A stretch of 64,000 nucleotides of DNA from Cetorhinus maximus (GCF_964194155.1 NC_135909.1:21080001-21144000); one strand, 5' to 3'. Shown: positions 1 through 11,977, numbered from the stretch's first letter. Notes: generated by a model not told the origin, from the letters alone. Numbers and translations: made by a program.

Positions 1-199
1 TGATTTAACCTTTCTATATCCTCTTGCAGACTCTTTGTGTCCCCCTCACAATCTGCTTTTCCACCTATTTATGTATTGTCTGAAAATTTGGTGATGCTCC
101 CTCCAATCATCAGAGTCATTAATATAGATTGTAAATAGCTGAGAACCCAGCACTGATCCCTGTGACTCTCTACTAGCTGCAGTTTGATAACTTGAAAGT

Positions 200-425
200 G
201 ACCCACTTCCATAGAGTAACAGAGACTGACGGACGGAGAATTAATTACATTCACCTTATTATAGATTGACAGAGAGTGAATTCCACACTCATACAGCAAC
301 AGATTTACAGAGTGTTAATGCCACACTAAAATACTAAAGCATAGAGAATGAATTCACTCTCAGACAAAGTAACAGAGACGGGCGTATATAGAGTTAATTC
401 CACACTCTCGTCCAATAACAGTGAC
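200..425 (-). repeat. Degenerate ~46-bp satellite patch (reverse orientation of the family at 47.3-52.9 kb)
   Basis: Recurring units like acagagactgac...agagttaattccacactc, the reverse complement of the gagtgtgg...attct...tgtcagtctctg unit seen later. Confidence 0.55.
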
Positions 426-639
426 CTGGTTCACACTTGAAGAATTCATCTGACATGCATCATGCTTCATTGCTTCATTATATTTTCTATTTTCCTCATC
501 ATTCATGGAGCCCTGGCTTTGGTTCCCCTCCCTTTCTGTATTCTGTATTCCTCTTAGATTCCTTCTTCATCTACTCCTATTTTATATGGTCCTACTTTCT
601 TCTCTAGCCATTCCTCTTTTCCACGTACGTATACTGGCG

Positions 640-1965
640 CCCAGTCTCCTGCCAGTTTAGTTCAAACCCTCCCCAACCATATGAGAGACCCTCCCCATGA
701 GGACATTGGTCCCAGTCTTGTTAAGGTGCAACCTCTTCCATTTGAATAGGTGCCTTCTGTCCCAGAACTGGTCCCAATGTCCCAAGAATCTGAATCCTTC
801 CCCCCTGCATTGGCCTCAAGCCACAGTTGATGTTCCTTATCTTCACATTTCTGTTCTCACCAGCACGTGGCACTGGCAGTAATTCAGAGATTACTACCTT
901 CGAGGTCCCACTTTTTAACTACCTCCCTTGCTGCTGCAATTCTGACGGAGGGACCTCAATACCTGTCCTCCCTGTGTCGTTAACACTGACGTGTACCACA
1001 ACCTCTGGCTCACTCCCTTCCCCCTGCAGAATATTCTGTACCCTCCCCGTGATGTCCTTTACCCTGGTACCAAGGAGACAACACACCATCTGGGACTCAC
1101 GGTGAAGGTTACAGAAATGCCTGTCTGTCCCCCTGACTATGAAATCTCCAATAATGACTGCATTTCTACTCTTTGCTGTTCCCCCCTGTGCAGTTTCTTG
1201 CCCATTGATGCCATGGTCTGGACTGCACTCCTTCAGGGTGTCACCATTCCCAGCAGTCTCCAATGCTGAATACCGGTTTGACAGTGGCACACACCCCGAA
1301 CACTCCTTCATTTCTTGCCTCTTCCTACTCTTCCGGATTGCCACTCATCTACCATCTTGAACTCTCTCTTTCCTTTTTGTGTGTTCCCTTCCTGTAACAT
1401 ACGACCCAGGAAGCTGTCATCCTCCCTGATTCTCCACAGTGACTCCAGCTGCCCCTCAAGCACGGAAACCCTGAGCTCGAACTCAAGCAGCTGGAGACAC
1501 TTCCTGCACATGTGGCCCCCAAGTCACATGAAGTGTCCTGAGGCTCCCACATGGGGCAGGAACTGCAAACAACAGGTCTCAGCTGCCCATCCATGATCGA
1601 AAACAAACCTCTAATCCCTCTTTTAGAATCCAGTTTGTACCTTGTTTAAATTATTAATTTTATGTTTTGCCTCTTGACCTGCTCTGCACTAATACTCTTA
1701 TTGCACTTATCCTTACTGTTGTACTTACCCTGATTGAAATGTTTAATTTTCCAGCTCCTAGTTTAAATCAAAGCCCTAATTTAGAGAAATCTGCACAAAC
1801 CAACCAGCTCCCTTCTTTCCCCTGATATCATGCTTTGACTATTTATTATAAACATGGCCGGTTTGCTCCAACCCCTCCCTCACAGCTCTTTATCCCCCCC
1901 GCACCGTCGTCGCTGTCACTCTTCTCTCCCTCTCTCTCTCGCTGCTGTTCTGCCGCTGCTTTTTA
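640..1965 (-). mobile_element. CR1 LINE, 5' portion (5'UTR and disrupted ORF1: zinc finger/leucine zipper plus SGNH esterase)
   Basis: Frame-split ORFs give CSSCPMWE, MCRKCLQLLEFELRVSVLEGQL, LSNRYSALE, VIIGDFIVRG and EPEVVVHVSVNDT; homologous to ORF1 at 18638-19600. Confidence 0.85.
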
Positions 1966-2504
1966 ACCATTGTCCAGCCTCGCTCAGGCTCGTCCACAAT
2001 CCCAAGTTTCTGACTGTTTAGGAAATTCTCTGATCTTTCTTTGCTCCAAGATGGGTGACCTCACAATTCCGCATGTAGACCACCATCGGCCACAGTTTTG
2101 TTTACTCACTGAATCTGTCAATGAGCCTTTGAAACTTGCTGCTCCCACCTACATTACTAACCATGTCACCCAACCTAGTGTAATCAGCAAACTTGGATAT
2201 AGGCTGGAAGTTATTAAAATTTAAAATAAAACTTCAGGGAATGGAAATAGAACAGCCGGCTGACCTGACAGAGCATCAGATCTGTCTCAACCGCAACCCC
2301 CCACTCTGAAAAACAACCGCTCGCCACCACTTTATCCTTTCTGTCCCTTATTCAATTTTGTATCCATGCTGCCACTGTCCTTTAATCCCATTTGCTTGAA
2401 TTTTACTGACAAGTCAATTATGTGGGAGTTTTTCAAACGCCTTTGTAAGAGCGGAAACATATCATTAACCTTACTATCCTACTCTGAAACTTTACCAAGA
2501 AATA

Positions 2505-3238
2505 TATTAAATATTTTTGGAGAGGATTTAAACTAGATTGGCAGGGGGATGGGAACCTGAGGGCGGATTCAGATCGGACAAATTCAGAGCAGGGAGCGGG
2601 AGACAGAAAATTAGCGGGTGACTGAAAGACAGAAGAAGCAAAGGTTAAAATGTTTAAACACAGGAATTTGGCAAAGTTAAAAGGTATTTATTTCAATGCA
2701 AGGAGTAAAGCAAAGAAAGCCGATGAGCTGAGGGCACAGATGGACACGTGGTAGCATGATGATATTGCTATGACGGAAACTTGGGTTAAAGAGGTGCAAA
2801 AATGGCAGCTCAACATCCCTGGATAAAGGGTTTTCAGGCAGGATATAGAGGGGGGCTGAAAAAGTAGGGGTGCAGCATTATTTGTCGAAGAATCAATTAC
2901 AGCTGTGAGGAGGGATGATATATCAAATGGTTCATCAAATGCGGCTAGATAGTTTGAGCTCAGAAATAAAAAGGCAGCAGCCACACTACTCAGAGTGTAC
3001 GAGAGAACCCCAAACAGTGAGAGGGAGATAGAAGAGTAAATGTGGGTGCAAATTTCTGAGTACAAAAACGTTGGGGGAAAATAGTTTGGTACTTCAATTA
3101 CCCTAATATCAACTGGGGTACGAACAGTGTAACAGGCACAGAATTCTTGAACTGCATTCAGGAGAACTTTTTTGGCCAGCACGTAAGCCCAATGAGAGGG
3201 AGTGAAATTCTAGATTTAGTCTCAGGAAATGAAGCTAC
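2505..3238 (+). mobile_element. CR1 LINE fragment (ORF1 end to APE endonuclease), degenerate
   Basis: Closely similar to 17850-18270 plus 22575-22890 (gcagggggatgggaacctga..., ttcagatcggacaaattcagagc, aaatggcagctcaacatccctgga). Confidence 0.85.
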
Positions 3239-4296
3239 ATTGTTCCTACACTGTTTCACTTTTGTTCAAGTTGTTTAGAGTCAAATGAAGAGAATAAACT
3301 GTCGGAGGGAATTTCCTTCATTGATGGAAACACCAACAAGCGCCAGTTGTCAATCACTCAGCCCCATCAGACCCACCCACACTGACGAGAGCTTCCTGCA
3401 TCCAGCACTGGCCCTGTCGCACTCACCAGCTGCTCACCCAGACCCCACTCTCCCAAACACTGAACTTGGCTACCCAACCCAGACTCGTCCCCTCCACACT
3501 GACAGATACAACACGGTCACACTCTGCTTCAGTGAGATGAATGTCGCGAGCGGTTTCTTTTGAAGAAATTGTGGCTGATTGAGGCACGTTGAAATTCCTG
3601 ATTATTTGTAGTGAATCAGTCACAAACCCCTTGGGATTTTCGTGGAGTGATACCTAACATCCCTCTTTGTGAAAGGCTGTTTAAGAAAAATGATAATCTC
3701 TTTCGGTGAAGCAGGTTGTGAGGAGAATTCCTTGAAACGTTTACGCGCTTTCACGTTAACAACATGTAAACAATTGACACTTTTATTCACAAATGAATTT
3801 AAACCAAATGTCCACCCCGATGTTAGCCCAGAATATTCAGCATTTTAAACGGAGTGGGAAAGAGTTTAAACACACATCTTCAGTGAGTTGTCGAAAAACA
3901 AGGTTAAGCAACTGATTGTTGCAGCGTTCATGCAGTCACCTGTTTTTATCTCTTCCTCTTATGAAGTTTGAATCCTCTCGCTGACCCAGTGATTTTTTTT
4001 TCTTGTTCTTTGTCTTGTTCTTCCAAAATCTCGATGTCAGTGTTCTGAGCTTCAACTATTAAATAGAAAAGCGCCCATCTCTTCCAGTAGAAACGCACGA
4101 GGGAGTTTCTCAGTGTGAGTGGCCAATTTCCACAAATCTCTTCTTTAGTCAAAGAAACGAAACTCTCCTTGCATTGAAAGAGTAGAAGATAATCTATTGC
4201 GCAAGGATGGACAATTTGAGCCAGCAATTCGGAAGTACTCACCTGAACCAAGCCATATTTTGCACAGGTCAGCTCAAAAACTTCGAAATTGGAATA

Positions 4297-4370
4297 AGGC
4301 TCTGCTGGGATTTGAACCCAGGATCTCCTGTTTACTAGACAGGCGCTTTAACCAACTAAGCCACAGAGCC
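4297..4370 (-). tRNA. tRNA-Thr(AGT)
   Basis: Reverse complement GGCTCTGTGGCTTAGTTGGTTAAAGCGCCTGTCTAGTAAACAGGAGATCCTGGGTTCAAATCCCAGCAGAGCCT: 74 nt, full cloverleaf, A and B boxes, anticodon AGT; T5 Pol III terminator at 4276-4280. Confidence 0.95.
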
Positions 4371-4813
4371 AAGATCAATTCAGAAGTACTTTAATCACAG
4401 ATCCAAACTTGAGGAGTTCCCAGAAAACAGGATTTAGTCATTGTTTTTTCCAGTATTTATACAGTCACCTGCTTTAATCTCTCTTCCTCTTATTCCCCGG
4501 GATGATGTTTGAATTCTGTCACTGACCCAGTGATTTTTTCACTTGGTCTTCCAAAATCTCGATGTCAGTGTTCAATTGTGAAATAGAATTGCGCCCATCT
4601 CTTCCGGTATCAAGAGTCTCTCTGTGTGAGTGGCCTCTTCCCCCAAATATCTTCCTCAGTCGCAGAAACAAAACTCTGTTCTTGTGTTAAAATCTTTGCA
4701 GCTGTTCAATGATACAGGGAAAGACTATTTTAAACTACAATTCTAGAACAAAGACAGATTTCGCCCTGTTATGATGGAAGTGCGTAATCGCACAGATCAG
4801 TTTCAACAAAATA

Positions 4814-4887
4814 AGGCGCAGCTGGGACGATGAACCCAGGAGCTCCTCTCCACAAGGCAAGTGCTTTATCAGCTAAACCAGTGAGAC
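4814..4887 (-). pseudogene. Degenerate tRNA-Thr pseudogene
   Basis: Reverse complement ...TGGTTTAGCTGATAAAGCACTTGCCTTGTGGAGAGGAGCTCCTGGGTTCATCGTCCCAGCTGCGCCT aligns with the tRNA-Thr at 4297 but has broken stems and B box. Confidence 0.7.
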
Positions 4888-4904
4888 TAATGATGCTCAG
4901 TTGA

Positions 4905-5112
4905 GCACATGGAAATACTGGAAATAATTCGCAGATCTGGCAGTATCTGCGAAACGAGGAATAGTTTACATTTCAGACAGCGACCTTTCACCAGAACGAC
5001 CTGAAACGTGAATCTGTTTCTCTCCCCACAGATGCTGTCAGATCTGCTGAATATTTCCTGCATTTTCTGTTTTTGTTTCAGATTTCCAGCATCCGCAGTA
5101 TTTTGCTTTTGG
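4905..5112. mobile_element. Palindromic non-autonomous element made of inverted Penelope-type terminal repeats
   Basis: ggaaataattcgcagatctggcagtatctgc ... cagatgctgtcagatctgctgaatatttcc form an inverted pair; same terminal sequence as 56950-57025 and 17520-17650. Confidence 0.7.
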
Positions 5113-5562
5113 ACCAAAGGACAATGTGTTGCCTTTCCTGCACTGAGGGTTATTGCAGGTCTCTCTGGCTGTGATTATCGTTGATTATCCATCTCTGGGC
5201 TCTTTATGATTCCGTGAGTTTGCCGTAATTTGGGAGTGAGCGCCAGACAAAAAAACGTAGTTAGCTGATTTCTCTGTAAATTTTTCGAATCTCTGCCTTT
5301 TCAGGACTTATAACAAATTCATAAATGAGGGAATCACACACATCACTCCGTGAAACTCCTCCGCCAAACATTGAGCGGTTTATCGTGAGGTGGTTCCATT
5401 TACTGTATTCAGACACACACCTGGTATCAAAGTAGCCGTGTTCGGGATGTGACTCACACACACAGTTTTATGCTTGGATGTCGGATATGCTGCGATATGA
5501 GGTGATGCTCTTTCCATAGAAATATAGAAAATAAGAGCAGGAGTAGGCCATTCGGCCCTTCT

Positions 5563-8360
5563 AAAAAGCAGGTCTACAGACCAATGAAGGCTGAGCTTTC
5601 ATAAAAAACGCCATGAACTGAAGAACAGATGTTGGGTGGAAAGAGCTCAAGAAATACAACAACTCACCAACAGTCAGGCATGTGAGGATTCTTCAGTGCA
5701 GTCAAGACCATTTACAGCTCAAGCACAAAAGGACCTACCCCACTGAGAGCTCAGAATGGAGTGGTGCTTATTAAGGACAGAGGAAGTAGCACTCGCTGGA
5801 AGGAACATGTCCAGGCTCCCCTCAACTGAGACTCAGTCCTCGACATGAGTGCCCTCGACCACATTCCACAGCGTGCTACCCGCCACCAGCTCAGCACAAT
5901 CCCAGCCCGACATGAGGTTGGAAAGGCCATCCGACAGCTAAGAACCATCAAGGCCAGCGGCACAGATGGAACCCCACCAAAACAGTGAAATATGCTGGAG
6001 AAATACTCTTAAAACAAATACATGACCTCATCTCCCTCATCTGGAGGCAGGAGAGCATGTCAGGGGATCTCTGAGATGCAGCATTTGTGAACACCTCCAA
6101 ACAAGGAGACCAGACTGACTGTGGTAACTATAGAGGAGTATCTCTGCTGTCTGCCACAGGGAAGGTCGCTGCAAGAGTCCTCCTCAATTGCCCTCTCTCC
6201 ATGCCTGAATAACATACCAGAGTCACAATGCGGATCTTGTCCATCAAGTGGCACAGTGGAAATGATCTTCACAGGAAGACAAGACCAAGGAAATGCAGAG
6301 AGCAGCAGCAACCTCTATTCATGGCCTTCTTTGACCCCAAAAAAGGCCTTTGACTCTATCAACCAGGAGGGGCTGTGGAGCATCCTCCTCAAATTTGACT
6401 GCCCGCAGAAACGAGTCACCCCCCTCCGCCTGCTGCAGGATGACATGGAGGCCGTGATCCTTACCAAGGGATCTGCTGCAGACGCACACTAGTGCAAACT
6501 GGGGTCAAGCAAGTCTGTGTCATCGCACCAATGCTCTTTTCCATCTCCCTCGCTGCAACACCCCAACCCATGTAAGATTTTGTGGGTTCGGGGGCCACAT
6601 ATACCAGAATAGACAGTCAACTAGTCAGAAGTAATTTTAAGTTAGTTTATTAAGAAGGAACTGTTTAGGTATGATATGTTAACTAATTGGACAGAAAAAG
6701 ATCTGTAATAGCCTGTGATAGCAGCATTCTGCCCTCTAATCAAAGCATTAGGGAACTCTTCCCTCGATATCTCCATCTTCCTCCTCCTCTGGTCCATCTT
6801 CCATCTGAAGAAGGCAGCAACCCAATCAGCACCTCACCAGCACCGTTTATGGGGGGCTAGTAGCTTACCACTTGTCCATCGTCTATCTAACTATTTTGAC
6901 CAATGGATACAGGACAGGTAATCAAAACGTTAGGATGGATTACACCCCACCCCATCCCCACCTCACCCCACACCGTGCATCACCCTGCTCAAGGTCAGCT
7001 TTTTAGTTTACATCTTGCTGAGGGTCATATCCTGCCCCTTTCTAAGCGCTCACATAGATAGAATGGCGTCTGGTACATCCGTTTATCAGCCTAGGAGTGT
7101 CAACATGGCAGCCTGAAGACTGTCTGGAGGTTAAATTGTTTAAAAATTCTCCTTCCAGTGCGAGAATTAAGGCTGTTTTACGATTCCCATAAAATGCAGA
7201 AAATACCCACTTATTAAAGACCCCAATGTCTTTCACCCACCTCCATGAAGCTGCGCACCAGAGTGGGGCTATTCTATAGGGCGAGTGGGAAACTACTCAA
7301 CCTGCGTCACCTCCATTTCGGAACCAAGATCACCCCAACCCCAGTCAACGAGCTGCAGTCCGCTGATGATGCTTGTGTATGCGCATACTCACAGGCCGAT
7401 ATCCAAACTATCACTAACATGTTCAAGGAGGTGTATGAAATAATAAGACTTGGGCTAAGGTCCTGAAAGTTAAAGGTCCTCTACCAGCCTGCTCCCGATG
7501 CAAACGCTGCCTCCCGACTGTCAAGATCCATGGCGAACCATTGGACAATGTGGATCATTTCTCACACCTTGGGAGCCTCCTCTCAGTGAGGGAAGATATC
7601 TATAATGAAACCAAACATCGCCTCCAGTTTGCCACTGCAGCCTTCGGCCGACTGTTTAAAGGAATGTTTGATGGCAAGGACCTCAAACCCAGCCCCCAGC
7701 TCCTGGTCTACAGCGCTGCAGTGCTACCTGCCCCCTGTATGCTTCAGAGACATGGACAACGTACAGCAGACACCTTAAATCCCTGGAAAAATATCACCAG
7801 CGGCGCCTCCACAAAATCCTGTAAATTCAATGGCAGGAGAGGTGCCCCAATATCAGTGTCTCCTCTCAGGCCAACATCCCCAGTATCGAGGCACTGGTTA
7901 TGGTTAATCAGTCACGTTGGCCGGGACACATCATCCGCATTCCTGACACAAAACTCCCAAAACAAGCTCTCTACTCCGAGCTTCGTCACGGCAAGCGGTT
8001 ACCAGGAGGGCAGAGGAAACGTTTCAGGGACGTCCTCAAAACCTCCCTGATAAAATGCAACATCCCCACCGATTTGTGGGAATGATTTGCTTGAGACACC
8101 GAAACTGGAGAAGAAGCATCCGCGAAGGTGCCAACCATTTGGAACGTCTCCGACAGGCCCAGGTGAAGGCCAAGCGCAAACAGCGGAAGGAGCGAAGCAA
8201 AATCCGAGCATCCAACCCACCCGCCTCCTCAAACACTACCTGTCCCAACCTGTGGCAGAGTGTGTGGAGCCAGCATTGGGCTTTTTAGTCACCTCAGAAC
8301 CCACAGCCCCAGAGTGGAATAGAGTCATTCTCAGTCAGGATGTACTGCCTAAGACAGCAG
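5563..8360 (+). mobile_element. RTE-clade LINE, degenerate RT and C-terminus, interrupted by a solo LTR
   Basis: Motifs CGNYRGVSLLS, KAFDSIN, GVKQ, ELQSADD, HFSHLGSLLS, RWPGHIIRIPDTKLPKQALYSEL.HGKR..GGQRKRF.DVLK; the sequence resumes seamlessly across 6571-7235. Confidence 0.85.
6571..7235 (-). mobile_element. Solo LTR (665 bp), ERV1 (gamma/epsilon-like) termini
   Basis: Minus strand begins TGAAAGAC and ends TCTTACA; 4-bp TSD CCCA at 6567-6570 and 7236-7239; AATAAA on minus at 6646-6651. Confidence 0.8.
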
Positions 8361-8528
8361 AGTAAATTTCCTGTGAGTGTCTCTGGGTGATGAGCTGATG
8401 GTGCTCGGAGCTCTCAGCTTTTAGTCATTGACCTTTGGAAGGGTTGATCCAGCTTTCGTGTTCACCTGTCTCTGGTCTCGTTTTACACAAATTCTTCACC
8501 CGATTTTCTGCTGCCTAATGAATCTCTC

Positions 8529-8728
8529 NNNNNNNNNNNNNNNNNNNNNNNNNNNNNNNNNNNNNNNNNNNNNNNNNNNNNNNNNNNNNNNNNNNNNNNN
8601 NNNNNNNNNNNNNNNNNNNNNNNNNNNNNNNNNNNNNNNNNNNNNNNNNNNNNNNNNNNNNNNNNNNNNNNNNNNNNNNNNNNNNNNNNNNNNNNNNNNN
8701 NNNNNNNNNNNNNNNNNNNNNNNNNNNN
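8529..8728. other. Assembly gap (200 N)
   Basis: Run of exactly 200 N; adjacency of the two sides is not established by sequence. Confidence 1.
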
Positions 8729-8904
8729 TTCAATCGCCATGTTTTTGAATAATTTTGTTAAAGGTTTTGCCCACAGCCAACTTCCAGGAACAGCAATGTG
8801 ATAAACACAAAGTAATTTGTTTTGAAGTGACAATATGACAATATTCAGCAATAAAGCGCATTAGAAACCAATCTTCCCCTCTTGGAGGGATGTGAACAAT
8901 GCAG

Positions 8905-9040
8905 CCAAACTATTGACAACAAGAAAAGAGGAGTTTTACCCAGAGTCCTGGGGTCAATATTAGTCCCTCAAACAGAATCTCTGAAACAGGTTATTCAGTC
9001 ATTGATCAGGCTGCAGTCTGTGGGATCTTTCTGTGTGCAT
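8905..9040 (+). mobile_element. DeuSINE central-domain fragment
   Basis: gagttttacccagagtcctggggtcaatattagtccctcaa...tgtgggatctttctgtgtgca resembles 39935-40060. Confidence 0.5.
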
Positions 9041-9574
9041 TCAAACAAAAACCTCATTTAAAAAGTCACGGCCCTTTCCCACCCCACCCCCTCCTGCCAT
9101 TGGCCGTGAGGCTTTGTGTCTTCTTGAGGCTGCAAAATGTGCTGGAGAAATTCAAGTTCCTCCCCCCTCACGCAATCCCTCCAGTTTCCTCTGTTCCTTC
9201 AGCTCTCACCTCACTCTCCCACCTCTTACTGCCTCCCTCCCTTCCTCTACCCCTCTCTACCTCCTTCCCACTATTGCATGCTCTTTCCCTCCCTCTCCTC
9301 CTTCTCACCATCCCTCTCCTCCTTCTTTCCTCTCTCTCTACCTCCCTCGCTCTCTCTCTTGTGAAAGTCAACTTACCTTGAAGTTGAGAGCAGAGGTCCG
9401 GAACTTCAAATCCCAACAAGCCTCGCAATTGAGCCTTTTTCAGTCCTTTGGGCTGAGGACTGGCCCAGCGCCCCTGCGCATAAAGATGACAAAGGGGCGA
9501 AAACCCAGGTCATGTGGCTAGGAGCATCAAAAACATTGGAGATAAAGTGTTCCAGGCAAGTAACAGTGAGAGGG

Positions 9575-11012
9575 GAAAGGGAGATTGCCCCAAAGGAAGA
9601 GGGACAGGGAGATATCCCACAGGGAGAGGGGCCGGGTGAAATCCCATAGGGAGAGGCAAAGGGAGAGAGGCAGGGAGAAATCACAGAGGGAGAGGGACAG
9701 GGAAATATCCCATAGGGAGAGGGAAAGGAAGAGATTCCAAAGGGAGAGAGGCAGGGAGAAATCACAGAGGGAGAGGGACAGGGAGATATCCCATAGGGAG
9801 AGGGACAGGGGGAGATCCCATCGGGACAAGGGCAGGGAGAGGTCCCGTAGGGAGAGGGGCTTGGAGAGATCTCATAGGGAAAGAGGCAGGGAGAGATCCC
9901 ATAGGGAGAGGAGCAGGGAGAGATCCCAAAGGGAGAGGGGCTGGGAGAGGCCCAAAAATGGGAGCGGCAGGGAGACATCCCATAGGGAGAGGGGCAGGGA
10001 GAGATCCCATAGGGAGAGGGGCCGGGAGTGATCCCGTAGGGAGTGGGGCAGGGAGTAGTCCCAAAGAGAGAGGGGCAGGGAGAGGCCCCAAAGGGAGAGG
10101 GCCAAAGGGAGAGTGGCAGGGAGAGGCCCAAAGGGAGAGAGATAGGGAGACGTATCAAAGGGAGAGGGATACAGAGATATCCCATAAGAAAAGAGACAGG
10201 GAGAGATCCCAAAGGGAGAGGGGCAGGGAGAGGCCCCAAATGGGGAGGGGCATGGAGAGATCCCATAGGGAGAGGAGCAGGGAGAGATCCCAAAGTGAGA
10301 GGGGCAGGGAGAGGCCCCAAAGGGAGAGTGGCAGGGAGAGGCTCCAAAGGGAGAGGCCCAAAGGGAGAGAGGCAGGGAGAGGCTCCAAAGGGAGAGGCCC
10401 AAAGGGAGAGAGGCAGGGAGAGGTATTAAAGGGAGATGGACAGGGAGAGGCCCCAAAGGGTGTGGGGCACGGAGAGGCCCAAAAGGAGAGGGACACAGAG
10501 AGATCCAATAGGAAAAGAGACAGGGAGAGATTCCAAAGGGAGAGGGGAAGGGAGAGGCCCCAAATGGGGAGGGGAAGAGAGAGGTCCCATAGGGAAAGGA
10601 GCCGGGAGAGATCCCAAATGGAGAGAGGCAGGGAGTGGTCCCATAGGGAGAGGGGCAGGATGAGATCCCAAAGGGAGAGGAGCAGGGAGAGATCCCAAAG
10701 GAAGTGGGGCAGGGAGAGGCCCCAAAGGGAGAGGGGCTGGGAGAGATTCCATAGGGAGAGGGACAGGGAAAGTTCCCATAGGGAGAGAGGCATTGAGAGA
10801 TCACAAAGGGAGAGAGGCAGGGAGAGACTCCATAGGGAGAGGGGCAGGGAGTGGTCCCAAAGGGAGAGGGGCAGGGAGAGACCCCAAAGGTAGAGAGGCA
10901 CAGAGAGATCCCATAGGGAGGGGGGCAGGGAAATATCCCATAGGGAGAGGGGCAGGGAGAGATCCCAAAGGGAAAGGGGCAGGGAGAGATCCCAAAGGGA
11001 AATGGGACAGGG
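9575..11012 (+). repeat. 27-bp purine-rich minisatellite (consensus AGGGAGAGGGGCAGGGAGAGATCCCAT), roughly 50 units with some ~15-bp short variants
   Basis: Directly visible; gives 9-aa periodic ORFs (PCPSPYGIS / RERGRERSH) in many frames. Confidence 0.97.
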
Positions 11013-11688
11013 TGAGCTATAAAATGAAGACTCCCAGACAGGGAGAGGAAGAGGCCGCAGTTAAATTGAAAAAGGTCTGCCAACAGTGAAGAGGGCTCAA
11101 GAGAAGGCCTGAATTTCCAAGAAGGCAGTGGAAGTTTGCTGACTCCAAGCTTCGGGTCTTTGGGGCGAAGGTTCCCCTTTGGAGCAGTGGAGTTCTGTTC
11201 ACTGCGGCTGAAGCTGTGCTGGGGAGATGCTTCTTGAGAGCAGATTCGGGAGATCAGTGAACAGAATCTCGGGAGACCAAACTGAAAACCGGAAAGGTTC
11301 GTAATAATTTCATCCCTCCGAGTTGGAGTAAGATCTTCGAAGGTGAAGGCTGGAATCCCTCGTGAGAGAGGCAGAGTTTCAGTGAGATTGATTGACTCCC
11401 AGTTTTTACTCATGTCTGAGTGGGTTGTTGTGAAATCCATGGATTCTGTCTTGGTCGCCATTTATTTTGTATTGTGCATTCGACCTCAATTTGGCTGTTA
11501 TTTCACGTGTACCTCACATTAATCCTGAATATACGACAAATATCCCCGTGGAATCCTGTGGCTTTATTCACTGAGCAAGTGTCATGAATCACACACTTTA
11601 TTCACATTAAAATAAAACGTTATTGGTCCCTAGCCTGATCTTACCAAAAACGCGTTGGGGGAAGGCTTGTCCGGACAAGGATCATAAC
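11012..11688 (+). mobile_element. Probable LTR fragment (3' part)
   Basis: TATAAAA at 11018, AATAAA near 11611, end ggatcataac resembling an LTR terminus; no TSD found. Confidence 0.4.
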
Positions 11689-11789
11689 TGCTTCTGATTC
11701 GTTTTCCTGGGATCTGTCTTCTCCCCAGGTTCCCACTGACCCCGGGCTCGGGGATTCTCAGGCCGGGCCGGGCTCTTTAACCGGCTCCA

Positions 11790-11946
11790 TTCACTTTGGC
11801 AATCTCCACCTATCACTGGCCCTCTATCCAGCTCTACTTGTCCCACCCCCCCAACCACCCCCACCCCCCTAAACCAGTTTATATTTCACCTCTCTTCTAT
11901 TTTTCCTTGGTTCTGTCGAAGAGTCTTACGGACTCGAAACGTTAAT
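11790..11946 (+). mobile_element. Penelope terminal-repeat fragment with hammerhead-like motif
   Basis: ctttggcaatctc..cacctatcactggccctctatccagctctac..gtcccacccccc matches 56815-56961; ends GGTTCTGTCGAAGAGTCTTACGGACTCGAAACGTTAA. Confidence 0.8.
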
Positions 11947-11977
11947 TATAGTTTACATAATAAAAGATGAATATAAT

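Larger units (their letters stand above)
3933..4887. repeat. Diverged tandem duplication (~520-bp spacing) of a tRNA-Thr-containing unit
   Basis: 3933-4170 aligns by eye with 4462-4680 (cagtcacctg, ctgacccagtgattttttt, ttccaaaatctcgatgtcagtgttc, gcgcccatctcttcc); each copy is followed by a tRNA-Thr sequence. Confidence 0.8.

Noticed and set aside
3350-3620. Possible minus-strand promoter and first exon (GTGAGT donor at ~3426, CGCG motif at ~3545)
   Set aside because: CpG density is low and there is no linked coding exon; not enough support
8428-8851. ORFs containing X runs
   Set aside because: Artefacts of the 200-N gap
9575-11012. CRISPR-like array
   Set aside because: Units are contiguous with no unique spacers, there are no cas genes, and the context is vertebrate
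9406-11461. Long ORFs (529, 313, 311 and 248 aa) resembling Cys/Pro-rich keratin-associated or RS/RE-rich proteins
   Set aside because: They arise from a 27-bp (3n) repeat that lacks stops in most frames on both strands; the unique N-terminus is antisense LTR-like sequence; no splice or promoter support
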